Shown piece by piece: positions 63,574 through 64,000 of a stretch of DNA of 64,000 bases (its first letter is position 1; each line of letters begins with the position of its first letter). The position numbers were made by a program, and so were the translations under genes. The notes below the pieces were generated by a model. It did not search any database, had not been told where the DNA came from, and saw only the letters and a program-made list of their open reading frames with translations. This DNA is from Veleropilina oligotropha (lineage: Eukaryota): positions 248,001 through 312,000 of the forward strand of contig JBEUKZ010000065.1 in the NCBI GenBank assembly GCA_048128005.1, in the 5' to 3' direction.

Positions 63574-63670
63574 AGCTCCGGGCTGCAGTGCGGCGGCTGA
63601 GGCATGCGGTACCCGGACTGGACCCGGTCCATGACCTCGCTGGTCTCCATGCACGTGTAGGGCACCATGC
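63574..63670 (-). CDS. Penultimate coding exon of a protein tyrosine kinase (subdomain X); gene continues beyond the window
   Basis: tttgttgcAG acceptor and GTGAGT donor; 97 nt encoding (G)MVPYTCMETSEVMDRVQSGYRMPQPPHCSPE(L), the GxxPY...GYRMxxPxxC motif of tyrosine kinases. Confidence 0.92.
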
Positions 63671-64000
63671 CTGCAACAAACAAGCATGACAGAGATATAA
63701 TAGACATACAGCACACCTGAAAGCAATACACACAAGCATTACAAAGATAGCATATGATGCACTGTAACTCTGACAGATACTAACAGCAAATCCATGCAAT
63801 ATTAAATATCATGCATAAATGATAACACTCTGCTCAATGGAACAATTTCTGGCGAATTTAATTGATACAATACAAAATGTATCTGTATCTGTTGACATAA
63901 TCTGCAATGGACCATAAGGTCTATCCCGCAGACGGATGGGATGCGTGCATGGGTTGATTCAGATGATAGATAATCTGAAAGTGGTTGTTCAAATTTTTCA

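Noticed and set aside
63374..63799. 141-aa and 69-aa minus-strand ORFs
   Set aside because: They overlap the real kinase exon in the wrong frames; the kinase motif is in the third frame and bounded by splice sites.

Overview
This is AT-rich animal genomic DNA, not prokaryotic. The Helentron-like and SINE repeat types suggest a lophotrochozoan such as a mollusc (inference only). It is almost entirely intergenic or intronic and dominated by transposable elements and more than 15 unrelated tandem arrays. The only well-supported host gene is the 3' end of a protein tyrosine kinase on the minus strand: two phase-compatible exons (63574-63670 and 60868-61024) that the ORF track misses. The one long genuine ORF (31766-33850) is the reverse transcriptase of a 5'-truncated L2/CR1-group LINE. 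Other elements include a decayed RTE LINE, a decayed minus-strand LINE, Tc1 and PIF/Harbinger transposase relics, three copies of one tRNA-derived SINE, a canonical mini-Helitron, several Helentron-type non-autonomous elements, and a four-level nest of DNA transposons at 24.1-30.9 kb. I found no CRISPR array and no clearly new enzymatic system. The most interesting readable signals are minisatellites whose origin can be traced to retroelement sequence (a SINE tail plus target-site duplication, and LINE coding DNA), higher-order structure in a 56-bp satellite, and two unexplained exon-like clusters at 5.4-7.3 kb and 10.0-10.8 kb. All calls were made by eye; element boundaries without TSDs are approximate.
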